Assembly (NCBI GenBank): GCA_040954595.2
Contig: CM082589.2
Coordinates: 6,755,186-6,819,185 of the forward strand
Direction of reading: 5' to 3'
DNA from: Balanoglossus misakiensis
Lineage: Eukaryota > Animalia > Hemichordata
DNA: 64,000 nucleotides
In this document: positions 12,659 through 26,300 of the stretch, piece by piece
Position numbering within the stretch: position 1 is the stretch's first letter
How the letters are laid out: each line of letters opens with the position of its first letter
Notes under the pieces: generated by a model
Told to the model about the DNA's origin: nothing
What the model saw: only the letters and a program-made list of their open reading frames with translations
Databases searched by the model: none
Translations under genes and position numbers: made by a program

Positions 12659-15600
12659 TATTGTGAACATTTCAGTTCTGATGTTGGATAAGAGTTTTAC
12701 TCGACTCAAGAGGACATTTTAATGGTGTCCATCCATGGCAAGTCTTCACGTTCTCGTTTTAGCGTCAATAAAAATATTTGTGAACAACTCCTCAAGCCAA
12801 CGCATCACCAGCTACCACTGGTACAAAAAATGTTTACTTAAAATTCAACAGGTCTAGAGTGAAATGTGTGTAGCTTTTTCTATGGTACTTAGTCTCTCAA
12901 TGGTTGCTTGGTTTTGTTTTTCAAATATTTTCAGGTCGGTCTTTTAAAACCGTTGATGACATTTTGCATCTACTTTTAACAAATCTTTTCTTCACGAGCA
13001 GAAAAAAATGCAGACTGGAATGGGAACAGGGAGGTCTTTTGCCAGTAAATTTAAGTGGCGGTACTCCTTTGGAAAGCATGTTAAACTCAATGTACGTGTT
13101 ATGTTCAGATTACATAAGAAAAAAAACAATGTCATCTTCAGAGATGTTTGAGCCAATGTGGCCCATTATAAATCTTCAGTTTCAGATGGTCTGTGGTTTG
13201 ACTTTGGTGCTGTTTTCAGTACAGGTGTTCTTGAATATTTTGTGTGGTTGTCAAGAACCAAGAGTATTGCACTAGCTCCATAGAGGAGCATCTCTTCGGC
13301 AAATAGAACAGTCCGTTGTATCACTACCAGTAGGTACAGATCACATGACTTTGAGTATGGACTGAGACACCTGGATTTCTGCCGGACTGTCAATTTTTGT
13401 GTAGTGAGATCAAAAATTAAAAAAACACAGACACACAAAAAAAAAAAATTATAGTTGTATGCCAACAACCAGGCTGAGATAATGTAGGCAGGTACTGCTC
13501 CCCCCCCCCCCAGGACAGTAAAAGAACAATTGTTCCAGGAGGCGAGAACAAAGAAACAAACAAAAGACAGTATCACGGGGGAGGGGGAACAAAAACGAAA
13601 ATGTGTACCTGACTGCGCAGAAAGAAAAGATATATCAAAAAGCAGCTGGAAATATAAACAAGGGGGGAGATAAAATCAACTTAGTGTGATACAAGGTAGT
13701 ATTACTAAATGACAGTCATTTGTGTGATGTCGGGCAAGTCTTAGCCGTCAGTGTCATCTGCTCACGACATTTGTATTTAAAAGTTATTTGTTCAGTTGTA
13801 TAGGACTAATGGTTCTTCACTGTATGTTGCAAGCCATTTTGCATCGCTCTCGCCATCCCCATATTGATCCAGTTCATTTGCTGCCATACTCTGCCTCTCA
13901 TAATATTTTCCTAGCTTGCCGTTTACTATTATATTATTCAAATAAAATAGCGGCCACTAATGGTTTAGGCACTTCCCGGCCGCGTTTTTTTTTTTATATT
14001 TTAATTTTCGCACAAAAGGCCAATTTTAGATTTTAAAACGCCACGCTACAGAAGAGGGTCGGTTGAAAGCTTTCTGAAGTATTTTGAAGTAAGCGTTTCA
14101 TTTGAAGTGGCGGTTTTTTGGAAGCCAACTAGTCTCATTTGTAGAAACCTTCAAATTCCGTCTGATTTATGCCAACGAAATTCAGAAATTACGTCCACGA
14201 AATTTTTGTAGTATATATGCATGTATACACATGTGAAACTTTCTAAAAATTGTACTCAACTTTGTATACATGTGATATTCAGTTTGTTCATTACTATGCA
14301 TATCTTTTTGTACAATTTTTGTGTGCTTATGCGCCAATTTACACCACGGCGCTGAGTGATTATTCGTCGATTTTATTCGTGGTCACGTTGTATGATTGCG
14401 TGTTTCTATTTATGATACCGTCTATGAATTAACAGTGAAGTAATGTAGTCTGAAAGTGTGAAATATACAGGCAAGAAGATATTGTATCCACAGCTGAAAA
14501 AGATGGTGCTCTTGTGTTGGAGTACGAGAATACTTCAAATACGTCACGTCCGTGAAATAAACAAGGATAGCTATATAAGTCTATGTGTGTGCGTTTGTCT
14601 GTTGGTGTTTTATGTGTGTTTGTGTGTGGACATCGTGAAACGTCTGTATAAGTCTGTGTGTTGGTCTGAGCACCACCACATAAATGTTAGGAGATTCAGA
14701 CACACTTACCGGTAGAACCAGATATGGGCATACATGTATGTAAATAAGAGGTGAATATTTATCTTAAAATACAAATAAATATAAACAAACAGGGAAGCCC
14801 ATGTTTGTATGAAGTTTCTGTTGTCACAATGCATATGAAACATATCTGATAAAATAGTCAGAGGTTTGAGACCATGCACTCACTTTCCAATATGGACTTA
14901 AACTTATCAGCGGCCCTTCTACCACATCAGAAGTAGTCATATATCAGATAACTCAACAATACAAAATGTTGATTCAGGACAAGAAGTTATTTTGTACTGG
15001 CCATGCCTATGTGGAAAAATTAGCACATCAATAAAGGTTGCATGGACCAGTGGGGAAAAATATAGTCTGTCATCAATTTCACTCCCTGACGAAATATAAA
15101 ACTTAATGAACACAATTGGGTGCATTCATTTTTAGAACCCAAAATAAAGTACAAAAGGATCAATATAGATGAAATATGTGTCTGCATGATATATACAATG
15201 CATAGTGTACATGTATGTTATTCTGAGGGTTCATATTTTGTATAAAATACATGTATAGAAGAAAAAACAAAGTGGACGAAAATAAAATACTATAAAAGAA
15301 AGGAATGTTTTTGTATAAACCGTAATACTTTTATTCAAAATACTGGTTACATGAAATACAGGTGAAAAGTAATAAAAAGTCATGTGGGGCGGGATGAAAA
15401 AACTGTTAGCTTGGGCGTGTGTCTCCCACCTAATGAATAAGTAATTATCTTAGCAAAGAGCATCCATTAGCCCCAAACTCCTCCTCCCCTCGCTGTATAT
15501 CACCTCTTATTCACCGTACAGCTGCAGCAAGCGACTTGTAGTTTCTCAGTTAGCCCTTTTGATTGGTTTGAACTTTATCCAGCCCAGCCTCACTTTGACT

Positions 15601-18302
15601 CCCTTGAACAATGCCCTCAACGGGCAGAAATAGTCCATTCCCACGTAAAAACAGTAATTTCATCTGCTTAATGTGATATTGATAAAACCTTTATTGTATA
15701 ATGTAGCCATCGTTGGCAGTAGATTCTTGACAGCTGTTTGTACTTTTTGCCCGCTTAGTGTGTGGCAGATGGTTTTCTTTCCTCAAAAATTTCAGTTTGG
15801 AGATCATAGTTCCATGTGGCTGTTAAATTGTAACTTCTAAATGGTGTAGTTCCAGGGTACCTTCAATAAGAACATTTTTGACTTCAAAACTTCAGCAAAA
15901 ATGACACTGCAATGCTTTCTGTGTTTTCTATGGATGAATTAAATAAATAAATGAATAAAAATTGTAAATTCATTGTAATTTGTAGGAATATTTTGAATAG
16001 TTACAAATACTTGCTTTAGCCAACTTTAGATACATTTCATTTGTGTAACAGGTAAATTTTATCCATATTTTAGGTACATAGTTGCTTTTTGATAAAGTTT
16101 TCGTGCTTATTGCATTTATTCTGGCTACACTTTGCTTGAGAATACGTCAGACACAGTATACCTTATCGTAAGTATAGTGTACATATATTGTAAAAGATAT
16201 ATTACAGAGACATTGTTAGATTCCCACACGATGTGTATTGTAGGGAAGCATTCTTCTACTCTGTGTGTAAATATAACTCAAATAGAGCGTGCTTTTGATA
16301 CAAGGGACTGTTTTCTTGCTGCCAGCTGTCTGTCGTTGTAATGTTGGATATTTGTTCGCCCGGGGCCCGACAGCGGCTGCAGAATAAGCATCTAAGAAGA
16401 CATCCTCCGCGATATTTGTTGTCACTTTGCCTAACGCAGTGTCTGTTTAGCGATCCCTTTTTGATTTCCTGTCGTACGGCGGTATTGATCTTTGTTGCGT
16501 GGTGTAATGTCTATTGACAGTGAATATACAGTTATCTGTGGCACTCCGCTTGGCTGCATGTCCTGCTCGTTATTATCCCGACTGCCATTTTTTTTCTTTC
16601 TCTCCCCGACGCTTTTATGTCGGCAGCAAAAGTATTGCTTGGTACATGCATGTTCCTTTGTGTGGCCTGTGTTTTGTTGCGGCGCTAATAACCACAGCGT
16701 GCTCCTTCAGTGTTTTCGTGACAATTATTTGATTTCTGAAGACTCGGTCTAGTCCTGGTTGATGGCTTCCTGTCGGTGGGGTGTTTTCACGAGCCCCCGT
16801 GCCTTATCGCGTCGAGCCTCGTTCCCTTTTTTGTCCGTTTTTCACCCCCTCACCATCCAATTAAGTACTTGTGAAGCACACAGTTAAGTGAATCCATTGT
16901 CGTCTTGTAACAGAGAAGGGGGGAATTCTTGTAAAGGACGCACTGCGCTTGATAGATGGGTTTGTTTGAGGTTCGACGTAGTCAACGCCGTGATTGATAT
17001 TGCTTGTGACAACCGGAGAAGTACTGTCCACATTATTACTAATTCGTCGTTGTAATCACTTTCCCTTGATGGACCGTCTTTTCTCTTTTATAGCTCGTCC
17101 AGGACCCCAGTAATGGTTAATAGAGATGACAGTTTACAGTTGTCGGGGGGGATAAAAACCGCACACATTAACGGACTCTAAAAGACCCATTTTCACTTCA
17201 TTTGTAAAGGACTCTCACATCTGTCTCAAGACGGTGACAATTGTCGAATTCCAGATGCTTTCTGTGGTGTCGCTGAGCGCAGGTTTTTAAGACCCCCGCA
17301 CGGCCACACTCTCTTCCTCTTCTGAAACACTTCAAATTTTACTGCAAGCTAGATTAAGTTGTCTCAATTATCTGGGATTTTTCCCCCCCGAAGTTGTCGC
17401 AACACTGAGTTGAAATTAGATGTAGGTCAATATCGTCGAAGTATAGATTTAATACTTTTCCATGTAGGACTACATGTACAATTGTAGTTAAATACAATAA
17501 TACAGATATTCGCTTTTTTCACTTTTGTGAAGTTATAACATGTTGCAGAGACACTTTTGGCTATTTTCTGGAATACAAATGTACTTAGTTCCCTGCATCA
17601 ACTACTGGTATTTTTTAACTCCCTATAACCTGCTAAAATACTTTAGGTGTTCTATCTATCACCAGCAATTGTTGACAGATGAATGCAAGGCTGGTCTTAA
17701 ATTCAATTTTCAATAATAACAGCCCTGACTGTACATGCATCGTGTGTGTGTGTTAATTAGCTCAGTCTATAGTGAGCATTTTGTCATGCTTTTAGAGAGT
17801 TGAACATGACACTTCAGTTGATGAGCAGAACAAAAACTACCGAAACAAGTACAAAAAATTACAGCTATAATGGAGGTGTAACGCTTTGTACCATGCTTTG
17901 TGGTTACTGTGCATGTTAAATTTGTGATTGAAATGTTGACATGGTGATCAACCGACAATCAGGAAGTGACTAGGAGTTATAGAGATAGGTCAGAAAAAAA
18001 ATCATGCACAGAACAAAAAATTATTAAAATAGCATCTTTGTCCGATTTCAATGCCTTGATGAAATGCCGAGATGTAATGTGCAACCGATAGCTCCGTCAG
18101 TAACTCTAAAATAAAACACACAGCATTCAGCCGGAAATTATTTGTAATTACGGAGAAAGATTTCAGCCTCCTGCTTGTCAAATACAATTAGCATTGAAAA
18201 GTGAGCGTTGGACACAAAGGCTGCTTTTGGGCTGGTATCAATAAAGACTTTGATGTGTGGTGGTTCTGCAGATGGTGAATGTATGTCGGGCATTACTGTC
18301 AG

Positions 18303-18391
18303 TGTGCATGTGTGTGTGCATGTGGTAGTGTGTGTGTGCGTGCGTATGTGTGTATGTTTGTGTGTGTGTGTGTGTGTGTTTGTGTGTGTGT
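18303..18391. repeat. Imperfect (TG)n microsatellite
   Basis: Directly visible. Confidence 0.9.
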
Positions 18392-18925
18392 ACAAGTAAC
18401 AATATCTCCCCCCTGCTCCAATGAGGTGCATTATGTCTTAGAATGTAGGGATTTAGTTTTATGTCTTCGCAAAGTTTAGAAGGACATAGAAATTGTAATT
18501 GTAGCTGGCAAAGTAGATGGTGCAAGAAGTTAAAAATTATAAGTGGAGCCGATTTTTCTTAGGTACAGTACTGCTTAAAGCTGGGTTATGCTGGTTTAAT
18601 ACCATGATTTCTTCTATGCCTCTCTGTCACACGTATGAAAAGCATATTTGCTGATTAGGCTATGTAGGATTTTCGCAAACACGGTGTCCAAAAGAACATA
18701 ATTGTAATCTCGCGAAGATTTTGCATATTTATGAAACTGAACGTGCCTGGGTGTATTATTTCTTATTTCCCTTGGTAATGTTTGCTGAACGATGCTACAG
18801 ACCAGAGCTCTTCCTATTTCTGTAGAATACGGGCGCCGCTGTTCTCTGACTGTCCCCTCTAGCTTATTGGCGTGCAAATGCCAAATGTAAATACGCGACA
18901 AAAAAAAAGAAAAGAAATGTATTAA

Positions 18926-19271
18926 AGGGACAAAGTCTCTCTCTCGCTGCCCTTTTCCCATTAATTATGTTTGATACAGGACACTGTTTATGTTAATGTA
19001 CATGTGGATATATAGTGAATCAACGTTCAATCACACAAAACTTCCATCCCACTTGTATGATATGAGAGTAAAAACTCGCCCAAAATGATGAATGGTAAAG
19101 AATGATTATTCATTTTGGCGAGTTTTTTCACTCTCCTGTCTATAAGAGGGATGGAAGTTGTGTGTGGTTGAACGTTCATTCACTATATATCCACATGTAG
19201 AATAACAAACGGTGTCTTGTATCAAACATAATTAATGGAAAAAGGGGCAGCGAGAGAGAGACTTTGTCCCT
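18926..19271. mobile_element. Palindromic (foldback) MITE, Kolobok-like, copy 1 (346 bp, TTAA TSD)
   Basis: TTAA|AGGGACAAAGTCTCTCTCTCGCTGCCC ... GGGCAGCGAGAGAGAGACTTTGTCCCT|TTAA. The arms are inverted over nearly the whole length. TTAA TSD with RR...YY termini is the Kolobok pattern (piggyBac starts CCY). Confidence 0.88.
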
Positions 19272-21742
19272 TTAAGCATGTCCAGTGACTTGTGAAAGTT
19301 TTCAGAAAGAGTGCGCGGTCCAACACGGGGATAATACCTCAGGAAAACAGGACCACCTAATGAGGCTATACTTGATCCCGGTCACACTCCAAGGCGTAAC
19401 GCCGGCGACGGAATTAAACTTTCTTTTCCAAGGGAATCTATTTGTGGGTGATATTAAGTTGACGAGGATAATTGATAAACTAATTACTCCGCTGTATGTT
19501 GTTGGTGCCGGGGATCTAAGTCAGCAATTATGCGCCACTTACTGCTCTCGGCTCGTCGAAGATATCCCTTAAACACACATCAGTCAGAAAGGAGGTCTTA
19601 TTGCATTGCCAAAACTAATTCAATCATCAGAACTTGTTATTGAAAAGGTATATTCCACTCTCTCTCTATTCAACCCCATCAAAGCATTCTTTCAGATGCA
19701 TATTTTTTTCCCCGGCGAAAAAAAAAGAAGTTAAAACGGAGATAGTATTTCAAGCTGCAGCTTTTAATGAAGTGCTAAAACGAAGCTGATTATAAAATCT
19801 GCAATTCACTTCAGAAAATAGGCTTCCCTTAGGCACTGTCATGGCTGCCATATATTATTATGAGCACTTATCTCTCCTAGCAAAATAACACGAACAACTT
19901 CGGCAAAGCGTCAACTATTTTTTTTTTCTAACTTCGAGCCATATAATTTTAGGTCGCCCCACACGTTATCGTTTCCATCTCTTGCAAGTGTCTGCCTTCG
20001 CTTGCAACATGCTCTGGAAGTAAAACGCTTAGGGGGAAGGAGATAACGACAAGCTGGCAAATAAACAAACCCAAGTCTGTAGAGTCCCAGATTTTTGTTG
20101 AAGCGAACGGAAATTCAGATGCCGCCGAAACAAAAAAAAAATTGAGGGGCGAAACTTTTTGCAGTAACTTCAGATATTTTATCAAAAGATTGTAATGTTT
20201 GTGTCCACATAGACTCTTTATTTGTGCATTCATTGCAAAACCTATGCAGTGTTCTGTTTATCTTAGGCAAAAAGTGTGTTGTCCTCAGAAACTGAAAGCA
20301 CCATAGGCACATATGTACTTACAGTTATTCGTAGATTATCTGTATATATTATGAGAGATCACTTGAAGCAACCAAATACCATTATAAACTGAATCACTTT
20401 TTTCATTTCAAAAGATGCGCAGGTTTTGATATTTTTCTCTGCAGCATCAAGATCGTGTTGACAAGATTGGTAGAGCTGGATGAAAATTATCCAAAAGATT
20501 GTTTTTGATAATGAAAGAAATGGCAACGTTTAAAACAGTGGTGATGCGGTAAACAGGCAGAAATTGCAAATCATCGTTCATCCATCATTCCGCAACAAGG
20601 AAAGTGGTGTACTTAAAAGTGGCGGTGATAGCGTGAAGTGTTTGACGCTGGAAAATATTACTGACCATGTTTTTTTTTTCTTCATCCGGCATGCTCCCGC
20701 GACCATCAAGAATGCGATTTTGAAGGTCAGCGGCGAGGAGAGGCAATTAATGGGCTGACAGAAATTGCGATAAAATTGTCTGAACTGTTTTGATGGCGAC
20801 TCTGAAGACAGAGTAAGTGGGCATAGCGATCTCCCCAGGGTTTCAACACTTTTAAGGGGTGGTATGTCTGAGAGCGCCCCAATATGTTAGCGCTCTTATC
20901 AACTACTTTACTCTTAATGTGCTAATGAAGCTAATTCTTTCTCGACGACTTGATAGAACTGGGCGATAGTGCCCTGCACCTTCTAATCAGCGTCTGGATA
21001 GTGTTTCGCCGCCTAGCAGCAATTTGACTTGGAATAGGGAGTTGAAAAATCGATGCACATGTAATTAAGAGAAAAACGTGGTCCATTTTATTGGGGGGGG
21101 GGGACATGTGTGGCACTGTGTCGTGTCGCTCCCAACTTCAAAACAGAGTGAGAGTTTATTCTTCTGTCAAAGTGTTTGCGTCAATATGTTTGTCCATCCG
21201 TCGGTCTGTCTGTCTGTTCATCTACCTGAGCAAAGGTACCCAGGGATCAAACACTTGGCCTTTAAGTTAATACTGGCAACATGTCACTAGTTCTCCACAT
21301 AGATATATCTAAATGTGAAGTTTTTTACTCAGAAAACAGAGAGTACATTGTTAAAGGTCCCGTGTATGGAATATTAACTACTTTTCCAATGTTTGATTAT
21401 TGCATATTTGCATTGAGACTGACATATTTGAGTGGAGTGAGGCATCCATTCATTATTTACCTTGCTCAGACTTGCACACGCAATCCCAGTCAGTGGTTAA
21501 TAATATCCGCGCATGCAGTGCTCAGTAAATTTACATGAAATGATTTTACTTTGAAACTAAAAGTATAAAAATCAAGTGAAAAGTTGCAGCTTGTTGGACT
21601 TTAAATATATAGTCAAGCTTTGTGATGACAGTTTTAACACTGATTTTGAACAGATTCCAACTCAGCCAATCTGAGATTCATGAAGTGATAAAGATGAAAA
21701 ACATAATTGTGTTTATGAACTGTGTGTGTAATTGGCACTGTG

Positions 21743-22133
21743 TGACCTCAAATTAATTTACATACAAGCTGACCTTTCAACCCACTAAACTTGACCTTTG
21801 ACTGTTAACAGTGAACACGAACTTGACTGCTCACATCTTGTCTGTATACAACATGTAATTTTGGATGGTTGCCCTTGGTTTTTACCTGTTGGTGAACTTT
21901 AACCTCAGTATGCACGACATGATAAACACAAAATGTAATTTTCATTGAATTATCGTCTGTTCAGTGTAGCCGGCCTGAAATGCAATGACCTCTGACCTTG
22001 TCATATGAGGTGACCTTTCACCTCGACAAGTGCAGATATGCAGTTTATGACCTTTGACCCTATTACACCTGGACGACAAAGTCTGGTAGTAGTAGAGGGG
22101 TATACACTCGTCCGCTGACAGAGCACATGACCT
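21743..22133. promoter_or_regulatory. Homotypic cluster of nuclear-receptor half sites and DR1 elements
   Basis: Eight exact TGACCT at 21743, 21770, 21792, 21986, 21993, 22011, 22048 and 22128, all on one strand. DR1 arrangements include TGACCTcTGACCT (21986-21998), TGACCTtTCACCT (22011-22023) and TGACCTtTGACCC (22048-22060). Confidence 0.45.
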
Positions 22134-23239
22134 GTCAAAACCTCCTCGTGGACTTCTTCCCCGGACATAGTGCAGCTGGCCCCAATATCGCCCAGAGTAG
22201 AAACAATTTAAGGCAGCCATACAGTTGCAATTAGAAAGAAAGCCCCCGTGACCCGCCTTGAGAAATCCAGAATGTCAACACGCAAGCAACACATGAGGCG
22301 TGCCGCCATTGCATTCCGACCGACTCAGCCCGGTAATTTGCCCTGGTATTCAAATAATGCGCCTCGGAACTTTAGCAATCAAAGCAGCATGGTATAATTT
22401 TGATAGCTTGGATATTAAACTGGTGTTCTCTACCTCCCAAACTGTCCATCTGTGCAATGATTAGGAACCAGTGACCGAGTAAAACAAGGAAGATGTCATT
22501 ATCACTTTATTTTCATCATTACAAGATTTTATAGATCTGCGCTACACTAAGAATGCGTGTGGCAAACTCTGAAAAAGATTAACTGTTTATTACAAGTCTC
22601 TTGGCGATAATATTTTTTCAGTATTTTCCGTGTTTAAGAAATCTGTCTTCTCAATAGAAAAGATCGGATAATTTTCATGTTTTAGCTGAATGATATTGAT
22701 GTCAAATGTCTTTCATTGTATTGAGTTACTGGACTGTCTGGTTTCTATGTCTTTGGAAGTGCTGAAAGAATCAAAGAATGTCGACGTGTTTCAACCAAAG
22801 TTTGAAAACTTTAAACTGCTTTGATGTTGAAGCATTTTTGTTTATTTTAAAGCCTGCAGGATGCTTTAATAGAAGGATTATTTCAAAATATAGTAAATGT
22901 AGAGAAGAAATATTAAAATCAATTTGAAAATAACATACATGTGTGTTCTAACAAGTTACAGGATGGGGTTGTGTATTTTTTTGTAAACCTGGGAGATGTA
23001 GCTTTAAAGGGGAAGGGTCGTCTGAACTTCACCTGTGCGATTTTTCTGTTTGCAAGCTCACTATCATCATTGTTTCCACTGTTCAGGGAGATAAAAAGTA
23101 ACAACGCATTGTTTGTCATGATGGACAGTGTAATACAAAGTAACAACCATACTGTATTCAACGATGTACATTGTAGCAGTTACACTCTGTGGTGTGGCAC
23201 CCATATAACCACTGCCGCAGACTGGACGACACCCTCCCT

Positions 23240-23332
23240 TTAATCCTTTCAACCCCAGTTCCATCTCTAGAGGTCCAACCTTATCATATAAAGCACTGGA
23301 TTTGGACTGGACCATAGCGGTGAAAGGGTTAT
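23240..23332 (+). mobile_element. Short degenerate piggyBac-like MITE, copy B
   Basis: ttaa-tcctttca ... tgaaaggg-ttat. Same family as 981-1077 and 5356-5443. Confidence 0.55.
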
Positions 23333-26300
23333 CTTTGCACTGACTAATCATAATCTCAGGTCATTTGCTGTTGAAAGTGATCGATCACCATTGTCCCCAC
23401 ACCAGGTCACCTTTCCCTAGAAGTTCAGACTACTTTTAACGACCCAGTATTAAATTACCTTTCTTAATTAATTAGTGTTGATTTCAATGTAAACTGATCA
23501 GCCCTTGTGATTTGTCATTGTTTTTATTTAGTTAACTGCGAAAATACGACAGAACAGAAGTTACAAATTTTGTAAAATATAGATGTTTGGGAAAATTGTG
23601 ATTCATTTGAAGAGAATGCTTCATGTTCTGGTTGTGCACAAAATAAAACCGCTGTGCTAATGTAATCAAGTAATATGTTCAGCTAATCAAAACTTTCTGT
23701 GATAATTTGATCTCAGAACTGAAAAGCTACTGAAGATAAGTGTGAGGTACACTGTAACAGAATAATTGGATTAAAGAGACAATGCTATCTCTTTGTCTCT
23801 GCTTTTGGAACTTAGAGAAAAGCAAGTTTCTTTTTTCGCGGACAAAAAATTAAGGTACAGCATTCGGCCTTTAAAGGGGAGATGTCATGCATAACTGATC
23901 TTCAGTTTCGCTGACAAAATGTCATTTTGTTGATATCTAAGATATAAAGAAATTCCTTTGTCAACAACCACAGGCCTTTAAAAAAGCTAAGTTCTGTACT
24001 CAGTAATTGAAATTTAGCATAGTCGTAAGTTGTTTTGGTTCCAAAGGAAAAGAGTGTCGTTCGAACGATAGTCGCTAAAAACGAGGAACACATGAAGATG
24101 ATATTTGCCTGTGGTGGTTGTAATGTTCAAATAATCAGTGTCCTTTAATGAGAAAGGCTGATGTGAGACTGCGTTTTAATACATTGTATAAATTCACTAC
24201 TCTGTAAATATTTGATATTCGCGACAGTGTCCCTGTGCTTCCAGTCCCTTCACGTTCCACGTTGTGTTGTTTCTCGGCAAATATGATTAACCGTCAGTCA
24301 AAAAAAAAACTGCAGCGCAAATGATAGTGCTAACTGTGTGTCTAACTATCGGCCTAATTCAAAATCGTCTTAACTTGTGAAGCTTAATTTAAAGACATGT
24401 TCAGCCTAAAACAAACAGGTCTAAATACAGTCATCGTGTATGGATTACTTCAAGTCTCGTTCAGTGTTTAATGTTACATTTACGACATACAGAGTTGAAT
24501 TTGATTCTACATCGGAATATTTTTGGTGTAGACGTTTCTTCCATTTCTAACGGTGTGAGGAAAATTTTACTTGAGTGGGTGTCGATGCATTTACGCGAAA
24601 CTTCAGATGTTGATCAATAACTGACTATCCAGCTTTTGTTGTCTGAAATAATGACAGTTAAAAAAGTCCAACATGTTCGTCGTGCATCCGCGTACGTGAC
24701 ACTGTTTCAAGTGTTGCCGACCGCCACTTTTTTTTTTGATAGCAGCAGCGCATACATTGATGAGTTAGTTTGACAATCTTTCAACAAACATTGATGTTCA
24801 GAAGGCAAATCTGCCGCCGTTTGTCAAATCTCTTGGCTTTGTTGCCGAACTGAAGTGCGTTTTGTATGACGCATTTGATCTTTCACTCAGCATTGTGACA
24901 TCGTTAGTTCCAAACGTGAATGTTCTTTTCTCTGGGTTGGTGATTTCGAGGTATTTAATCAGGGCCTTCAGCTAAAAAGAGACTGAGAGAGTGAGAGAAA
25001 AAAAACTCTTGTCATGGAAAAAAATTGCGCGAGTAGTTGTTAACAGGAATTCAAAGTGTTTTATTCGTTCCACTCTGTACAAAATGTGAAAAGGCTTCTG
25101 TTAGGCTTTGAGCTAGAGCCCTTTCATTAGAGACAGCTCGAGAATTCTGTTCGGTTTGTTGCATAGACAATGCCAGCTATCCACTCGGCGAGAATGGTTT
25201 TCCTGAAGCACAGTGTTAGAGATTGGATGAATGGCGTGTTTTGACGTTCTCTGAAATTGAAAGCTGTTGTACACTGATGAAAAAGAAAGAAAGAAAGGGA
25301 TGGCATATATTGAAGGTGGCTGGTGGGGGAGAGATTTTTTTTTGCTCGTTTGCTGGAGGAAATGTCGGTCGAAAAGACCACTGTATCATGCCTCGGATAC
25401 AGTATTTCGTTTGTGCGGGGGTTCTTGAAGTGGTTGTCAAAAGGAGCGTCGGTGTGAATTAGTATGGTTATCGGCAAAACTGGACATAATTGACTGACAG
25501 TGCATCAAAACCTCAGCCATGGGCCAATTGTGTGTATCATAGCAGAAGAGTGTTTGCGACCCAATAGCCGAGGGTGAACGCCGTATCAGTTTGCCTCTCT
25601 TGCCGTAGCCGACTCGACTGGAAGTGGCTGCCGCCCGGTGTTAGAAAACGTTACGTGTGCAAATAGTCTGAACAAACTATTACGTCGGAATTGGGTTTAA
25701 TCTCTTTTTGGACGACTCCCCTAAGCACTCACACCTCTTGCATAATGATGATTGTTTTGTTGTGTGGTAGACTGTGTTGTGAAAGTGTTCAACGTGTAAA
25801 CCTCTTGCCAGTGCGGCGAGCAGCAGTTGATGTGAAACTGTCCTGATGGAACAGACCTCATTTTGGCACAGAACTGGATTTTGGTCAAAATTGGTCTTTT
25901 TGCTCAGTCATCTGGAGAGACCATCTGACTGATTTGTCAGGAAGGTTGTAAAATTGACCAGTGCTGTGATTTAGAATCAGTGTATTCAGATGTGCTCATG
26001 TCATGTAAAAAAATTCTAAATGTTAATTTCTCTTGACACCAAAATTGCAAATCAATATGTTTCTTAAACTCTTGTTTTTTGTGAGGTAAAAAAACTTCAC
26101 TGGGAAGAGAGTTTTTGGATCTATTGCAAATTGCCTATTTTGTTCAATTCAGATTCTTGCGTTTCTAAATCTTAGACACTTCTCTGTTGACAAGACCCCA
26201 TCATCGAAGCTTTTCTGTAGTTTGTACACGAAAGTGGGAAACTGACCTGTCTCCCGAGACTTCACATCAGAATGAGTGACCGATCGCTTGCATGGCTCGT

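Noticed and set aside
13946-14250. Possible transposon end (gcggcc...ggccgc); similar repeat-like fragments at ~8205-8250 and ~56180-56400
   Set aside because: No matching second terminus or TSD was found, so they cannot be classified without a repeat library.
16132-16145. 14-nt match to part of miR-137 (ttgcttgagaatac)
   Set aside because: The seed end does not match and there is no ~60-nt precursor hairpin.
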